Shown in pieces: positions 9,520 to 19,453 of a stretch of DNA of 64,000 bases. Each line of letters opens with the position of its first letter. Position 1 is the stretch's first letter. Origin of the DNA: a virus (Duplodnaviria > Heunggongvirae > Uroviricota > Caudoviricetes). The position numbers and the translations under genes are program-made. The notes beneath the pieces are model-generated. The model worked only from the letters and a program-made list of their open reading frames with translations, searched no databases and was not told where the DNA came from. The DNA lies in the IMG/VR virus record IMGVR_UViG_3300047471_000949. One strand, given 5' to 3'.

Positions 9520-10215
9520 ATGGCACTTGACATTCATGCTTTCAGAGCAATTGGATTACCACAAGGCGGAGCCCGCCCCAGCGAGTTCGAAATTTTCTTC
9601 CCAGCGCTACCTCCAGGCCTGACCAATAACCAAAGTGTCTCAGAAACGCTTGTAAGAGCTAAGTCGGCAACACTTCCGCGTTTCGAAATGTCCACCATTG
9701 ACGTCTATTATCAAGGACGACCAATCAAGGTATTTGGTGAACGTCGCTTTGTCCCGTGGACTGTTCGTTTCTATAATGAAATCGATTTTGACCTTCGTGA
9801 TTTCTTTGAGGCATGGAATAACATGATGAACACAATGGTCGGCAATCAAGTCCAGAACTCCGAGAACATTCTGGCAATCGATGGCGGATACAAGGTGGAT
9901 TCAGTGAGAGTTCGTCAGCTATCAAAGCGACTAACCCTGCTGCGTTCTTATGAGTTCTTTGGAATGTATCCGGAACTGGTCGGAGATATCGAATTGGACT
10001 GGGAAACCACCAATCGAATCGAGACCTTCGATGTTCAGTTTCAATATGATTACTTTATTCCTTCGACGGCAGATTCCGATCAAGAAAATCCAGGAACTTA
10101 TGATGTATTCGGCGTCAATGATGTTTCTGCTGCTTCTGGTCAAGGGGCTATAGTCACCCCAACAAACCAAGGACGGCCAGTAGTTACCACCGTATCACGC
10201 GCCTCCAACGCATAA
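9520..10215 (+). CDS. gp19: tail tube protein (T4 gp19 homolog)
   Basis: Collinear similarity to T4 gp19: ARPSEFEIFF vs ARPNLFQVEI; PWTVRFYNE vs DWTVTVMNDE; C-terminal GMYPELVGDIELDWETTNRIETFDVQFQYDYF vs GLWPTNVGELQLDWDSNNEIQTFEVTLALDYWE. Confidence 0.9.
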   Translation: MALDIHAFRAIGLPQGGARPSEFEIFFPALPPGLTNNQSVSETLVRAKSATLPRFEMSTIDVYYQGRPIKVFGERRFVPWTVRFYNEIDFDLRDFFEAWNNMMNTMVGNQVQNSENILAIDGGYKVDSVRVRQLSKRLTLLRSYEFFGMYPELVGDIELDWETTNRIETFDVQFQYDYFIPSTADSDQENPGTYDVFGVNDVSAASGQGAIVTPTNQGRPVVTTVSRASNA

Positions 10216-10230
10216 TATCGCTCTCGATAT

Positions 10231-10238
10231 TATAAATA
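10231..10238 (+). promoter_or_regulatory. T4-type late promoter TATAAATA
   Basis: Exact match about 23 nt upstream of the portal gene start. Confidence 0.6.
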
Positions 10239-10260
10239 TACATTATGAAGGATAAGTGTA

Positions 10261-12015
10261 ATGGCGCCTGCTGGTAATCTAGAGAAAATCTTCGGTTGGT
10301 TCTTCAAGCGAAAAGAACCTGATTCTGAACCTCTATCCTTTGCTCCACGCGACCATGACGATGGCGCGGCAGTTGTCTCTGCTGCTGGTGCTTCCGCAGT
10401 CTATCTGGACCTTGATGGTTCTATCCGTTCCGAAGTCGAACTAATCAATCGCTATAGAAGTATGGAGCAAGTTGCGACCGTCGATATAGCCATTGACGAA
10501 ATCGTAAACGAAGTTGTGGCTTCCGACGACCGGGACGACGTCAAGATAGTTCTGGATGATATTGAACAGAACGATGTTGTAAAGCTCGCCATTGAAGATG
10601 CGTTCAATGATGTGCTGGAGCTACTGGACTTCAAGAATAACGGTTATAATATTTTCAAGCGATGGTATATCGACGGCCGTATCTATTTCCATGTAATCAT
10701 CGATCCTGAGGATCAAGCCGACGGTATTCAGGAACTACGCTATATCGATCCGCGTAAAATTCGAAAAATTCGTGAGGTTATCAAGACCCAGGTTCAGACC
10801 GGGCAACAATCCCAGGGAGATGCTGTTCTCACTGCAACCAAGAACGAATATTTCGTGTTCTCCGACAAGGGCTTCAATCTAGGAGCTGCTCGACCTCTCG
10901 TCACCTCGTATCCACTCACTGGTCTAAAAATAGCCAAGGACGCAATCGTCCATATCACTTCGGGCCTCAGCGATGCGGCCGGAACAATGACGCTTTCAAT
11001 GTTGCATAAGGCCATCAAGCCGTTGAATATGTTCGCGACGCTAAAGGACGCAGCCGTGATCTATCGTCTTTCCCGCGCTCCTGAACGACGGGTATGGAAG
11101 GTCTATACTGGCAATCTTCCCGCGATGAAGGCGCAGGCACATGTCAAGTCCATGATGGACAAGTATCGCACCAAGATCAACTATGATGCGACCACCGGAG
11201 AAATTCGTGACGATCGGCGCTTCATGACTATGCTGGAGGACTTCTGGATTCCAGTCAATTCCGAAGGCAAGGGCACTCAAGTGGATGTGCTACCTCCCGG
11301 AACAGGCTTCAATCAGATAGATGATATTCTGTTTTTCCAGAAGGAACTGTATCTGGCACTGCACGTTCCAGTAGCTCGTGTTGATACTGATAATCAGTTC
11401 ATCGGCCCCCAGGACACCGCAATCTCGCGAGACGAAATAAAATTCGGCAAGTTCATTGGTCGAGTCCGTCGTCGTTTTAACAAGCTATTCATTACCGTTC
11501 TAAAAAAACAGCTCGTCCTCAAAAACGTCATGGCCATCGAGGAGTTCGAGAAGATCGAAAAGAAAATCGGCTTTCAGTACACCAAGGACAACTTCTTTGA
11601 GGAAGCCAAGGATAAGCAAGTCGAAACTATGCGATGGACACTAATCGCCTTGATTGCTCCTTATGTTGGCCGTTATGTTTCCGATGAATGGGTTCGCAAG
11701 CGAATCCTGATGCAGAACGACGAAGATATGGCCGAAATAGATGAACAGATTATGGATGCAGCGGCTAATCCACAATACCAGGGAATGCCAGGACAACCTG
11801 CTATGGAAGAAGGCGGTGGAGAAGGTGAAGACCAGGGCGACGGAGATGCAGGAATGTTAGTGGACCCCAATCAGGTTCCAGGAATGCCTGCGGCCCCAGC
11901 CAAGGCCAACGGAGCCAAAAAGCCAGCTTCTGCTGCTTCTTCGAAGAAGCCCGGCAAAAAGAAACCAGGCAGCGACTTTAAATCGGTTTCTAAGATGCTA
12001 TCTAAGAACCAGTGA
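10261..12015 (+). CDS. gp20: portal vertex protein (T4 gp20-like)
   Basis: 584 aa directly after gp19 as in T4; acidic Gly-rich C-terminal tail. Confidence 0.7.
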   Translation: MAPAGNLEKIFGWFFKRKEPDSEPLSFAPRDHDDGAAVVSAAGASAVYLDLDGSIRSEVELINRYRSMEQVATVDIAIDEIVNEVVASDDRDDVKIVLDDIEQNDVVKLAIEDAFNDVLELLDFKNNGYNIFKRWYIDGRIYFHVIIDPEDQADGIQELRYIDPRKIRKIREVIKTQVQTGQQSQGDAVLTATKNEYFVFSDKGFNLGAARPLVTSYPLTGLKIAKDAIVHITSGLSDAAGTMTLSMLHKAIKPLNMFATLKDAAVIYRLSRAPERRVWKVYTGNLPAMKAQAHVKSMMDKYRTKINYDATTGEIRDDRRFMTMLEDFWIPVNSEGKGTQVDVLPPGTGFNQIDDILFFQKELYLALHVPVARVDTDNQFIGPQDTAISRDEIKFGKFIGRVRRRFNKLFITVLKKQLVLKNVMAIEEFEKIEKKIGFQYTKDNFFEEAKDKQVETMRWTLIALIAPYVGRYVSDEWVRKRILMQNDEDMAEIDEQIMDAAANPQYQGMPGQPAMEEGGGEGEDQGDGDAGMLVDPNQVPGMPAAPAKANGAKKPASAASSKKPGKKKPGSDFKSVSKMLSKNQ

Positions 12016-12018
12016 TTC

Positions 12019-12026
12019 TATAAATA
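12019..12026 (+). promoter_or_regulatory. T4-type late promoter TATAAATA
   Basis: Exact match 16 nt upstream of the 12042 gene. Confidence 0.55.
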
Positions 12027-12041
12027 ACCTTAGGAGAAAAA

Positions 12042-12911
12042 ATGATTTCGTTACAAGAAATAGAATGGGCCAAGACGGCTGCAAAAGGCCTTCCCGAAAA
12101 GCAAGATAACCCTCTACGTCCTCGTGTTATGACCAACGAAGAGCTGATTCAGATGATTCTATCCGAAGGGCCATCACGAATGCACTTCCGCCAGGTTGCT
12201 GATATTATCAAAACCATTAAAAATACTGGGGAAAGACAGCGGATGGCCGACCACCATGCTGGGATATTCGCCAAACAAAATCCACGTTTCAATCACGCAA
12301 AATGGCATAACTGGATCGGCACTACTTGGACGAAACCATCAACCCACACAAAAATAGCAAGTGAAGAAACGCTTGACGAACTAACCAAAAAGAAATTAGG
12401 AGATTATAAAGACAAAGCCATTGCCGACAAAGAAGATGCAGATTATGAGGCGGCTTCAGCTGACTCAGTAAAACAAGCTCGCAAACCGTTGGTTCGTAGC
12501 TGGAAACGCTCTCGTGGTATCGCAGCTGCCGATAAAAAATTGGAAAAAGAAGAAGCCGACCTCTCCGAAGTCATCACCAAAAAAACCTCTACTGGCAAAG
12601 TGATTGACGACTTTGTTCATTCCGACAATAAAAAATTCTCCGGAGATTCGAAGAAACAGCGAATCAAGAGAGCGCTCGGCGCCTGGTATGGTATGCATCG
12701 AGGAGAAGAAACCGAATCGACGAATGAAGAAAAACAACGCGTTGTTTTTCAAGTCGGACGTACCAAATGGACCAAAAAAGACTTTCGCAAGGTCGATCCA
12801 AGCTATGGCTTTAGCTCAAAACAAGACCAAGACCCCAAAGTAAAAGGCAGTCTCGCCTCATATCGAGACAAGATTTACAAAGCTAGAACAGCAAAACTAA
12901 GGAGTAAATAA
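12042..12911 (+). CDS. hypothetical lysine-rich protein (prohead core/internal-protein position)
   Basis: 289 aa, very basic; between portal and prohead protease, where T4 has gp67/gp68. Confidence 0.5.
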   Translation: MISLQEIEWAKTAAKGLPEKQDNPLRPRVMTNEELIQMILSEGPSRMHFRQVADIIKTIKNTGERQRMADHHAGIFAKQNPRFNHAKWHNWIGTTWTKPSTHTKIASEETLDELTKKKLGDYKDKAIADKEDADYEAASADSVKQARKPLVRSWKRSRGIAAADKKLEKEEADLSEVITKKTSTGKVIDDFVHSDNKKFSGDSKKQRIKRALGAWYGMHRGEETESTNEEKQRVVFQVGRTKWTKKDFRKVDPSYGFSSKQDQDPKVKGSLASYRDKIYKARTAKLRSK

Positions 12912-12914
12912 CCA

Positions 12915-13256
12915 ATGAGCAAACTTACAGATATGGTAGTCGCCGCAGTCGAAGAAAAACCAGACGCATTCAAGACCGCATTCGAGGACACCCTTCAAGA
13001 CGAAATCGCGCAACATATCGCCGCCTACAAACTCCAGATTCAACAAGGAATGCTTGGCGTTGAAGAAGAAGTGCCTGAGGAAGAAGTTGAGCCGACCGAA
13101 GAAGAAATCGAAGAGGCGCTTGGTGTCGCCGTCGAAGAATATCTTGAGGCACACCCTGACGAAGATGAAGACCAAGCCATCGCCGCCATTATGGGCGAAC
13201 TCGAAGAAGACGGCAAAGAGGAAGAAGAAGTAACAAATGACGAAGAAACTGACTGA
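12915..13256 (+). CDS. hypothetical highly acidic (Glu-rich) protein
   Basis: 113 aa with EEEVPEEEVEPTEEEIEE runs; prohead-core-like position. Confidence 0.5.
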   Translation: MSKLTDMVVAAVEEKPDAFKTAFEDTLQDEIAQHIAAYKLQIQQGMLGVEEEVPEEEVEPTEEEIEEALGVAVEEYLEAHPDEDEDQAIAAIMGELEEDGKEEEEVTNDEETD

Positions 13257-13776
13257 CATCCTAAAAAAACCATTTCCTAAAACGACCAGCTTCAACCTTG
13301 GAGAAAAGGGAGGCTATCATCCTCATAAACGTGAGGCTGCTACCAAGTCATTTCTAAAAAAACTGGTAGTGCAAGATCATGGCGAACCTTTTGAAAATGA
13401 TTTTAAGGCCAATGTGAAGACCTTTGATCGAGGCGCTCATCGTTACGGCCACGACAACGTTGATTGGAACGGCTTTGATAATTCAGGGGGTCTGAAAATG
13501 TCAGAGCTTGACTTTGAAGAAATCGAAAACGACGATATCGAAATGCTTGGGGAAGTGCTCGATGCTTACTTTGAGGAAAATCCCGATGCATCATTTCACC
13601 AGGCTTATTCCGATATTATGGAGGAAATAGATCAGTTGGATGAAGCTGGGCCTCCTGGAGTATCTAAAGCGGTAGCAAAAAAAGGCGGAAAAACCGTCAG
13701 TCAACAGAAGAAAGCAATTTGGGGCAAAGCCGGATACAAATATAGGACTACTATCACCGTCCCCAAGAAGAAATAA
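13237..13776 (+). CDS. hypothetical protein
   Basis: 179-aa ORF in the head-assembly block. Confidence 0.45.
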   Translation: MTKKLTDILKKPFPKTTSFNLGEKGGYHPHKREAATKSFLKKLVVQDHGEPFENDFKANVKTFDRGAHRYGHDNVDWNGFDNSGGLKMSELDFEEIENDDIEMLGEVLDAYFEENPDASFHQAYSDIMEEIDQLDEAGPPGVSKAVAKKGGKTVSQQKKAIWGKAGYKYRTTITVPKKK

Positions 13777-13778
13777 CA

Positions 13779-14039
13779 ATGGCCGAAACAGTTAAAATCA
13801 TAGGATTCGAAACAGGCTGTAACACAATTGCTAACACCTTTAATGGAGCCAGAACTGTTAGAGTAACGAATACCTTAGCGATTTCGGTGTTGATCACTCA
13901 GGCCAATTCTGGCGGAACTATGGGAACATTTACGCTATTACCTGGCTCCGGAGCTGTGATCATAAAGTCGCCCACTGATACCTTGGCCTCAGCAAACCAA
14001 GCCGGTGTATTTGCTGTTCCTGCAGGATACTCATACTAA
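13779..14039 (+). CDS. small protein, paralog A of a tandem duplicate pair
   Basis: MAETVKIIGFETG...VLITQANSGG...FTLLPGSGAVIIKSPTDTL...AGYSY; clear paralog of the next ORF. Confidence 0.55.
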   Translation: MAETVKIIGFETGCNTIANTFNGARTVRVTNTLAISVLITQANSGGTMGTFTLLPGSGAVIIKSPTDTLASANQAGVFAVPAGYSY

Positions 14040-14040
14040 A

Positions 14041-14322
14041 ATGGCCGAGACAATAAAAATAAAAGGCGTCGAAACAGCCATGAGCAACACTGTGGCCAAC
14101 AATTATGGAGGTTCAAGAACTGTTCGAATAACAAATACTAATGGTGCTGGAACTAGTAATGCCGTCTTGATCACTCAGGCCATGGCCGGAGTAAATACAG
14201 GGAGCTTTACACTATTGGGAAACTCAGCGGTTATTATTATAAAAGGTCCATCCGATACTCTACTATGCAGTAATAATAATACGGCAAACGTGTTTGCAAC
14301 ACCAACAGGATACTCATTCTAA
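14041..14322 (+). CDS. small protein, paralog B of a tandem duplicate pair
   Basis: MAETIKIKGVETA...VLITQAMAGV...FTLLGNSAVIIIKGPSDTL...TGYSF; ATG at 14041; stop overlaps the gp21 start (TAATG). Confidence 0.55.
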   Translation: MAETIKIKGVETAMSNTVANNYGGSRTVRITNTNGAGTSNAVLITQAMAGVNTGSFTLLGNSAVIIIKGPSDTLLCSNNNTANVFATPTGYSF

Positions 14323-14993
14323 TGAAATTTTTAACAGAAGTTCTAGAAAATACTATCACGGTCATAGAAGAAGGCGCCAACCCAGCTCGTCGTTTTATCG
14401 AAGGCGTGTTCATGCAGGCAGGTATTCCGAACAAGAACAACCGAATCTATCCAGTAGCCACCCTCCAAAAGGAAGTAAATCGTTGCATCAGCGAGAATAT
14501 CTCCAAGAATCGATTCTATGGAGAATTGGGCCATCCTGCTGGTCCCAATATCAATGGCGATCGTATCGCTATCCACATCAAGGAGCTGTCCCAGGACGGC
14601 AACAACTTCAAGGGAAAGGCAATGATCGCCTCGACCCCTATGGGGAGTATTGTTAATGGCCTCTTGCAAGATGGCGCCTCGCTGGGTGTATCATCCCGAG
14701 CCCTTGGATCACTAAAGGCTATCAAAACAGAATCCCCCGAAGGCAAAGAGCTTCAGGAAGTCCAGGATGACCTCAAGTTGCTTGCAATTGATGTGGTAAT
14801 GGACCCATCGGCTCCCGACGCCTATGTAAATGCGGTCAATGAGAATAAAGAATGGGTTTATAACACAGTCGCTGGAATGTGGATGGAACAAGTAGTTGAG
14901 CGTCATAAAAAGACCATTAAAACTACCAAGAAACTGTCGGAACAACAGAAACTAGGTTTATTTGAGTCGTTCCTAAGAAATATAAAACTATAA
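14322..14993 (+). CDS. gp21: prohead core protease (T4 gp21-like)
   Basis: 223 aa, directly upstream of the acidic scaffold and a recognisable gp23, exactly as T4 21-22-23. Confidence 0.7.
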   Translation: MKFLTEVLENTITVIEEGANPARRFIEGVFMQAGIPNKNNRIYPVATLQKEVNRCISENISKNRFYGELGHPAGPNINGDRIAIHIKELSQDGNNFKGKAMIASTPMGSIVNGLLQDGASLGVSSRALGSLKAIKTESPEGKELQEVQDDLKLLAIDVVMDPSAPDAYVNAVNENKEWVYNTVAGMWMEQVVERHKKTIKTTKKLSEQQKLGLFESFLRNIKL

Positions 14994-14996
14994 ATA
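14989..14996 (+). promoter_or_regulatory. T4-type late promoter TATAAATA
   Basis: Exact match overlapping the gp21 stop, about 29 nt upstream of gp22. Confidence 0.55.
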
Positions 14997-15024
14997 TTGG
15001 AGAGTTAAAGGAGATTTTATCGAT

Positions 15025-16170
15025 ATGGCTAAGGCAAAACAAAAGCTAGTTGAAGCAGAAAACGAAGAAATCGAAGACGAAGTTATCGATAACGAAGCCG
15101 TTGACGAAACTGAGGAAGAAGAAACCGACCCAGCTCGTTCCGAAGAGGACGAGGAAGAAGAAGTAGACGAATCAGCCGGTTCCGATACTTTGCATCCTGG
15201 GGCTGGTTCATCTGGCGGCACCGAGCCATCACGAATGGAGACAATCTCCCGCGCCCTTGGTCTTTTAGCCAATGTCGATAAAGATACTCTTAAATATTTC
15301 AATGGAATGATGTCTTCTCAATTCCGAAAAGATTTTGGTGTCCCAGAAGGCGCCAAAGGGAAAAATCAAGGCTCGATCAAGACACATCCATCAGATGCAG
15401 TCGCATCCGTCAAAGAAGTAGTTCAACAGGAAGTAGCTGCTATCTTCGAAGGACACGAACTATCTCCCGAGTTTAAAGAAAAAGCAACCATCCTGTTCGA
15501 AGCTTCCCTAGAGGCTCGCGTCAACGAAGAAAAGGCCAAACTTAATGAAGCCTATGAAGCAGCCCTTGAGGAAGAAGTCGCAGCAATCCACGAAGCAGTC
15601 GAAACCAATGTTGCCATGTATTGTGACCATGTTGGAAAAGAATGGATGAAAGAGAACGAAGTTGCAATCGAATCATCGCTTCGCAATGAAATCGTCACTG
15701 AGTTCATGGAAGGCCTTCGTGAGCTATTCAATGCATCCAACGTCAATATCCCCGAGGAACAAGTTGAAGTAGTTGATGCTTTGGCCGAAAAGGTCGATGA
15801 GCTAGAGACCAGCCTTGCCGAGGCAATCAAAGAAAACGCAGCTCTTCGTGAAGTCAAGGAAAAGGCCGATCGGACTGAGGCAGTCAGTGAGGCAACCAAG
15901 GGAATGACCCTGGCCGACGCTGAGAAGGTGAAGACCCTTTGTGAAGGGGTTGAGGCGGAAGGTCTGGACGAATTCAACAAGAAACTTGGAGTTATCAAGG
16001 ATTCCTTGAAGAAGAACCCCAAGAAGTCAACTGTTGAAACCTTGATGGAAGAAGTCGATCCCGACAATAAAACAGACGAAGAAGACGAAGAATCTGTTAA
16101 CCCACAAATGAGACGTTATGTTGAAGCCATTAGGAGAACCGTTCCGGCTCCTGAAAAGCGTGCATCATAA
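15025..16170 (+). CDS. gp22: prohead scaffolding core protein (T4 gp22-like)
   Basis: 381 aa, strongly acidic, long predicted coiled coil, positioned between gp21 and gp23. Confidence 0.75.
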   Translation: MAKAKQKLVEAENEEIEDEVIDNEAVDETEEEETDPARSEEDEEEEVDESAGSDTLHPGAGSSGGTEPSRMETISRALGLLANVDKDTLKYFNGMMSSQFRKDFGVPEGAKGKNQGSIKTHPSDAVASVKEVVQQEVAAIFEGHELSPEFKEKATILFEASLEARVNEEKAKLNEAYEAALEEEVAAIHEAVETNVAMYCDHVGKEWMKENEVAIESSLRNEIVTEFMEGLRELFNASNVNIPEEQVEVVDALAEKVDELETSLAEAIKENAALREVKEKADRTEAVSEATKGMTLADAEKVKTLCEGVEAEGLDEFNKKLGVIKDSLKKNPKKSTVETLMEEVDPDNKTDEEDEESVNPQMRRYVEAIRRTVPAPEKRAS

Positions 16171-16182
16171 AGAGTTGAATAT

Positions 16183-16190
16183 TATAAATA
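16183..16190 (+). promoter_or_regulatory. T4-type late promoter TATAAATA
   Basis: Exact match about 33 nt upstream of gp23, followed by an AAGGAG RBS. Confidence 0.6.
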
Positions 16191-16222
16191 ACAAAGGAAA
16201 GAGATTAAGGAGTTATTAAAAA

Positions 16223-17692
16223 ATGACCTACTCAATTAATGAAGCAGCCCTAGCGAAATGGAAGGAAGTTCTTGATCAGGAAAGTCTTCCGAAAATCAAG
16301 AACCGTATTGTTCGTGCCGAAGTTGCTAAGATGCTGGAAAACACTGAACGAGAGTTAAGTGTTGATACAACTGGCGGGCAATTCCTGCTACGTGAAGCTG
16401 CTCCAACAAACGTGATGGGGCTTAGCTCTTCCACTCACGGTTCCGGAAACATCGATACCTTCGATCCAATCCTTATCTCTCTAGTCCGACGTTCAATGCC
16501 CAATCTTGTGGCATTTGAAGGACTTTGTGGCGTTCAGACAATGACTGGTCCTACCGGACTTATCTTTGCTATGAGAACCAGATATGCCTCTCAGACTGGA
16601 ACTGAAGCTTTTTATAACGAAGCAAACACTCTAGTCACTTCATTTGGTGGAACTAACGCTCTCTCGAATAACGTCAACGCTCCTCAGGGCAACAACTGGT
16701 ACACCCAGTATGGCTCAGCGGTATTCGGTAATAACTTTCCTGGAGGTGCTGCAAACACACTCCACGTTGGAGGAAATACAACCTTCTCTATTCCAGCTGT
16801 ATCGAATAACGCTGGCTTAGGCGCAGGCGCTGCAGGCTCAGGTGCATATAACTACGGTGGAGCGCTTTCGACGTTCTTGGTTGAAGGTCTTGGTTCTAAC
16901 GTAACTGCAATCTTCCCAGAAATGGCATTCTCGATTGAAAAGGTTACAGCCTATGCTGGATCACGAGCCCTAAAGGCCGAATATTCAATCGAACTCGTTC
17001 AGGACTTGAAGGCAATTCATGGTCTTGATGCTGAGTCAGAATTGTCGAATATCCTTTCGACGGAAATCCTGGCCGAAATTAATCGTGAAATCGTTCGAGC
17101 AATCAACGTGACTGCGGTTCCTGGTTCACAAACAGACACAACTACAGCCGGATTTTTCGATCTTGACGTCGACTCAAATGGTCGATGGCTCCAAGAAAAG
17201 TTCCTTGGTATGTACTACCAACTGGATCGTGAATGTAACCAAATCGCGAAGGACACTCGTCGTGGAAAAGGCAACGTGATGATCTGCACTGCCGATATCG
17301 CTTCTGCTCTTAACGGAGCAAAGGTGCTAACCTATGAGATGCAGGGCAAGAGCGAAGACCTTGTGGTTGACGACACTGGAAACACCTATGTAGGAAGACT
17401 ACAGGGCGGACAGAAAGTGTTCATTGACCCATACGCAATTGGTGGTCAATACTGGACTGTTGGCTTCCGTGGAGCAAATCCAATGGATGCTGGCGTATTC
17501 TATTGCCCATATGTCCCACTACAGATGGTGCGAGCAGTTGATCCAAACACCTTCCAACCAAAGATTGCCTTTAAGACTCGATATGCGATGGTCGCAAATC
17601 CATTCGCACAAGGCACCTCTGTTGGTTTGGGGGCTCTGGTTCAAGATAGTAATCTTTACTACAGACGCTCAATCGTACAACATCTACAGTAA
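16223..17692 (+). CDS. gp23: major capsid protein (T4 gp23 homolog)
   Basis: Collinear similarity to T4 gp23: AEYSIELVQDLKAIHGLDAESELSNILSTEILAEINREIV vs AAYSIELAQDLRAVHGMDADAELSGILATEIMLEINREVV; VRRSMPNLVAFEGLCGVQTMTGPTGLIFAMR vs VRRAIPNLIAFDICGVQPMNSPTGQVFALR. Confidence 0.95.
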   Translation: MTYSINEAALAKWKEVLDQESLPKIKNRIVRAEVAKMLENTERELSVDTTGGQFLLREAAPTNVMGLSSSTHGSGNIDTFDPILISLVRRSMPNLVAFEGLCGVQTMTGPTGLIFAMRTRYASQTGTEAFYNEANTLVTSFGGTNALSNNVNAPQGNNWYTQYGSAVFGNNFPGGAANTLHVGGNTTFSIPAVSNNAGLGAGAAGSGAYNYGGALSTFLVEGLGSNVTAIFPEMAFSIEKVTAYAGSRALKAEYSIELVQDLKAIHGLDAESELSNILSTEILAEINREIVRAINVTAVPGSQTDTTTAGFFDLDVDSNGRWLQEKFLGMYYQLDRECNQIAKDTRRGKGNVMICTADIASALNGAKVLTYEMQGKSEDLVVDDTGNTYVGRLQGGQKVFIDPYAIGGQYWTVGFRGANPMDAGVFYCPYVPLQMVRAVDPNTFQPKIAFKTRYAMVANPFAQGTSVGLGALVQDSNLYYRRSIVQHLQ

Positions 17693-17717
17693 GATCACTA
17701 CGAATATCTTACAACGA

Positions 17718-17746
17718 GGGAGGCTTAAAACGCCTCCCTTTTTTTA
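17718..17746 (+). terminator. rho-independent terminator after gp23
   Basis: GGGAGGC-TTAAAAC-GCCTCCC hairpin followed by an 8-T run. Confidence 0.8.
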
Positions 17747-17763
17747 TCTAAATATCTTATATC

Positions 17764-18489
17764 ATGAAAGTATTGATTATCGGAACCACCTACGAAGCCA
17801 ATCAAGAACGTGCTAGATTACATGATCTGTGGGTCAAGCTGCATAGCTATCTTAATCCTAGCTGTGACTTGCTTCTAGTTGATTCTGCGTCACCGTGGCG
17901 ACCATCGCTTGCCGAGCGCCATCCCAATTTTCTTTCACATCCTGCAAAATATATGCTCTATGTATTTCCAGATAATCTAGGACATTTTGATCATCCTCCA
18001 GCAGGAGGACGAGATGGTTGGGGCCGAGCCTTGTCTTTTGGACTCCAGTTTGCTATGGATTTCCATTATGACTATGTTGTACATATAGAAGGCGATTCTC
18101 TTTGTCGTCTTAATGTTCTAAAGATTGCTCGACAGATGCAGAAAGAAAATATTGAAGTAGCATCAACAAGTGTTTTTATTGATCAATCGAATTTTGTCGA
18201 AAGTGGTCTAATGTTTTTTTCAGTACCTTATTTACAAACCAGCAACTTTATCGCTCGTTATAACTGGGCGGCACGAACTCGTCATCCGTATACTGAAGAA
18301 GTATTGTTTCAGATATTTGGTTCTAGCTTAAAATGGATGCCGTGGAAAACACGCCGATGCGACGATTGTAAAATGCCTTTCGATCTTGTCCCTTATCTCG
18401 ATTGGATCACAAAATGTCATGATTTTAGTTATTACGAATATTTTTTTGAGGTAAACTATAAACCGGGAAAGTGGTATGAATATAACTAA
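17764..18489 (+). CDS. hypothetical protein, possibly a nucleotide-sugar transferase-like enzyme (first gene of the sugar module)
   Basis: 241 aa; LLLVDSASP and HIEGDSL acidic motifs; co-directional and tightly packed with GT genes; no firm family assignment. Confidence 0.45.
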   Translation: MKVLIIGTTYEANQERARLHDLWVKLHSYLNPSCDLLLVDSASPWRPSLAERHPNFLSHPAKYMLYVFPDNLGHFDHPPAGGRDGWGRALSFGLQFAMDFHYDYVVHIEGDSLCRLNVLKIARQMQKENIEVASTSVFIDQSNFVESGLMFFSVPYLQTSNFIARYNWAARTRHPYTEEVLFQIFGSSLKWMPWKTRRCDDCKMPFDLVPYLDWITKCHDFSYYEYFFEVNYKPGKWYEYN

Positions 18490-19435
18490 AGCTAAAGCCT
18501 TACATGCCGACCAACGATCTAACGAAGCTTTGGAAATTCTTGATCAGGTCTTAAAAATTGATCCTAGCGCTAATGAAGCTTTGGTCCTAAAGGGGAACAT
18601 CTTATTGGCGCTTGGAGATTATACAAGCGGTTGGCCACTCTATGAAAACTGGCATAATAATATCGATCCTGAAACTTATAAAAAAGACAAAGCTTCGCAA
18701 TGGGACGGTCAACCAACAGACAATCTAGTCATACTCCGCGACGATCAGGGCTTTGGCGATTGCATCCAATTCTTACGCTATGTTCCAATGGTACAAGAAC
18801 GATGCTCAAAAATCCTGATGGTAGTCAAACCAGGCCTGGAACAACTCGTCCGAAACTCGTTCCCTGGTTTGCAATACTCTCCATATCAAATAACAGATCG
18901 AATGATCCAAATCAGATGTGATCCTCTCGATTTTCCAACACTCCGCCAATCGCCAATCACAAGTTTAGGATCAGTATTCAACACAACTGTTGACTCGATC
19001 CCGAACAAGGTGCCTTATCTGTTCGCTCCTGGACACGGGATAAGAGGCGTTGGAGTGTGCTGGAATAGCGGCAATCAGTGGGAAAACGCTCATATCAAAT
19101 CAATCCCTTATAGACTTATAAGGCCTCTCATTGACGCAACGGCGGCTCTAAGCCTACAACAAGAAGACTTGCGGGTCAATAGCTTTGCTGAAACTGCAGC
19201 AATCATCAAGGAGCTTGATCTAGTTATAACTGTTGATACTGCTGTGGCACATCTTGCCGGGGCGCTTGGTAAACCAGTCTGGATACTACTCGCAAAGGAC
19301 TGTTCCTGGCGCTGGATGCAAAATCGAACCGATTCCCCTTGGTATCCAACCGCAAAATTATACCGGCAGAAGACAGCAGGAGATTGGCAACCTGTGATCG
19401 ACGATGTTATGAAAGCCCTTGACAACCTTCGATAA
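18476..19435 (+). CDS. TPR-repeat plus glycosyltransferase family 9 (heptosyltransferase-like) protein
   Basis: N-terminal TPR-like helices; GFGDCIQFLRYVP; C-terminal TVDTAVAHLAGALGKPVWILL matching the GT9 xDxGxxHLAAALGxP hallmark. Confidence 0.65.
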   Translation: MNITKAKALHADQRSNEALEILDQVLKIDPSANEALVLKGNILLALGDYTSGWPLYENWHNNIDPETYKKDKASQWDGQPTDNLVILRDDQGFGDCIQFLRYVPMVQERCSKILMVVKPGLEQLVRNSFPGLQYSPYQITDRMIQIRCDPLDFPTLRQSPITSLGSVFNTTVDSIPNKVPYLFAPGHGIRGVGVCWNSGNQWENAHIKSIPYRLIRPLIDATAALSLQQEDLRVNSFAETAAIIKELDLVITVDTAVAHLAGALGKPVWILLAKDCSWRWMQNRTDSPWYPTAKLYRQKTAGDWQPVIDDVMKALDNLR

Positions 19436-19453
19436 ATATCTTAGAGTATTACA

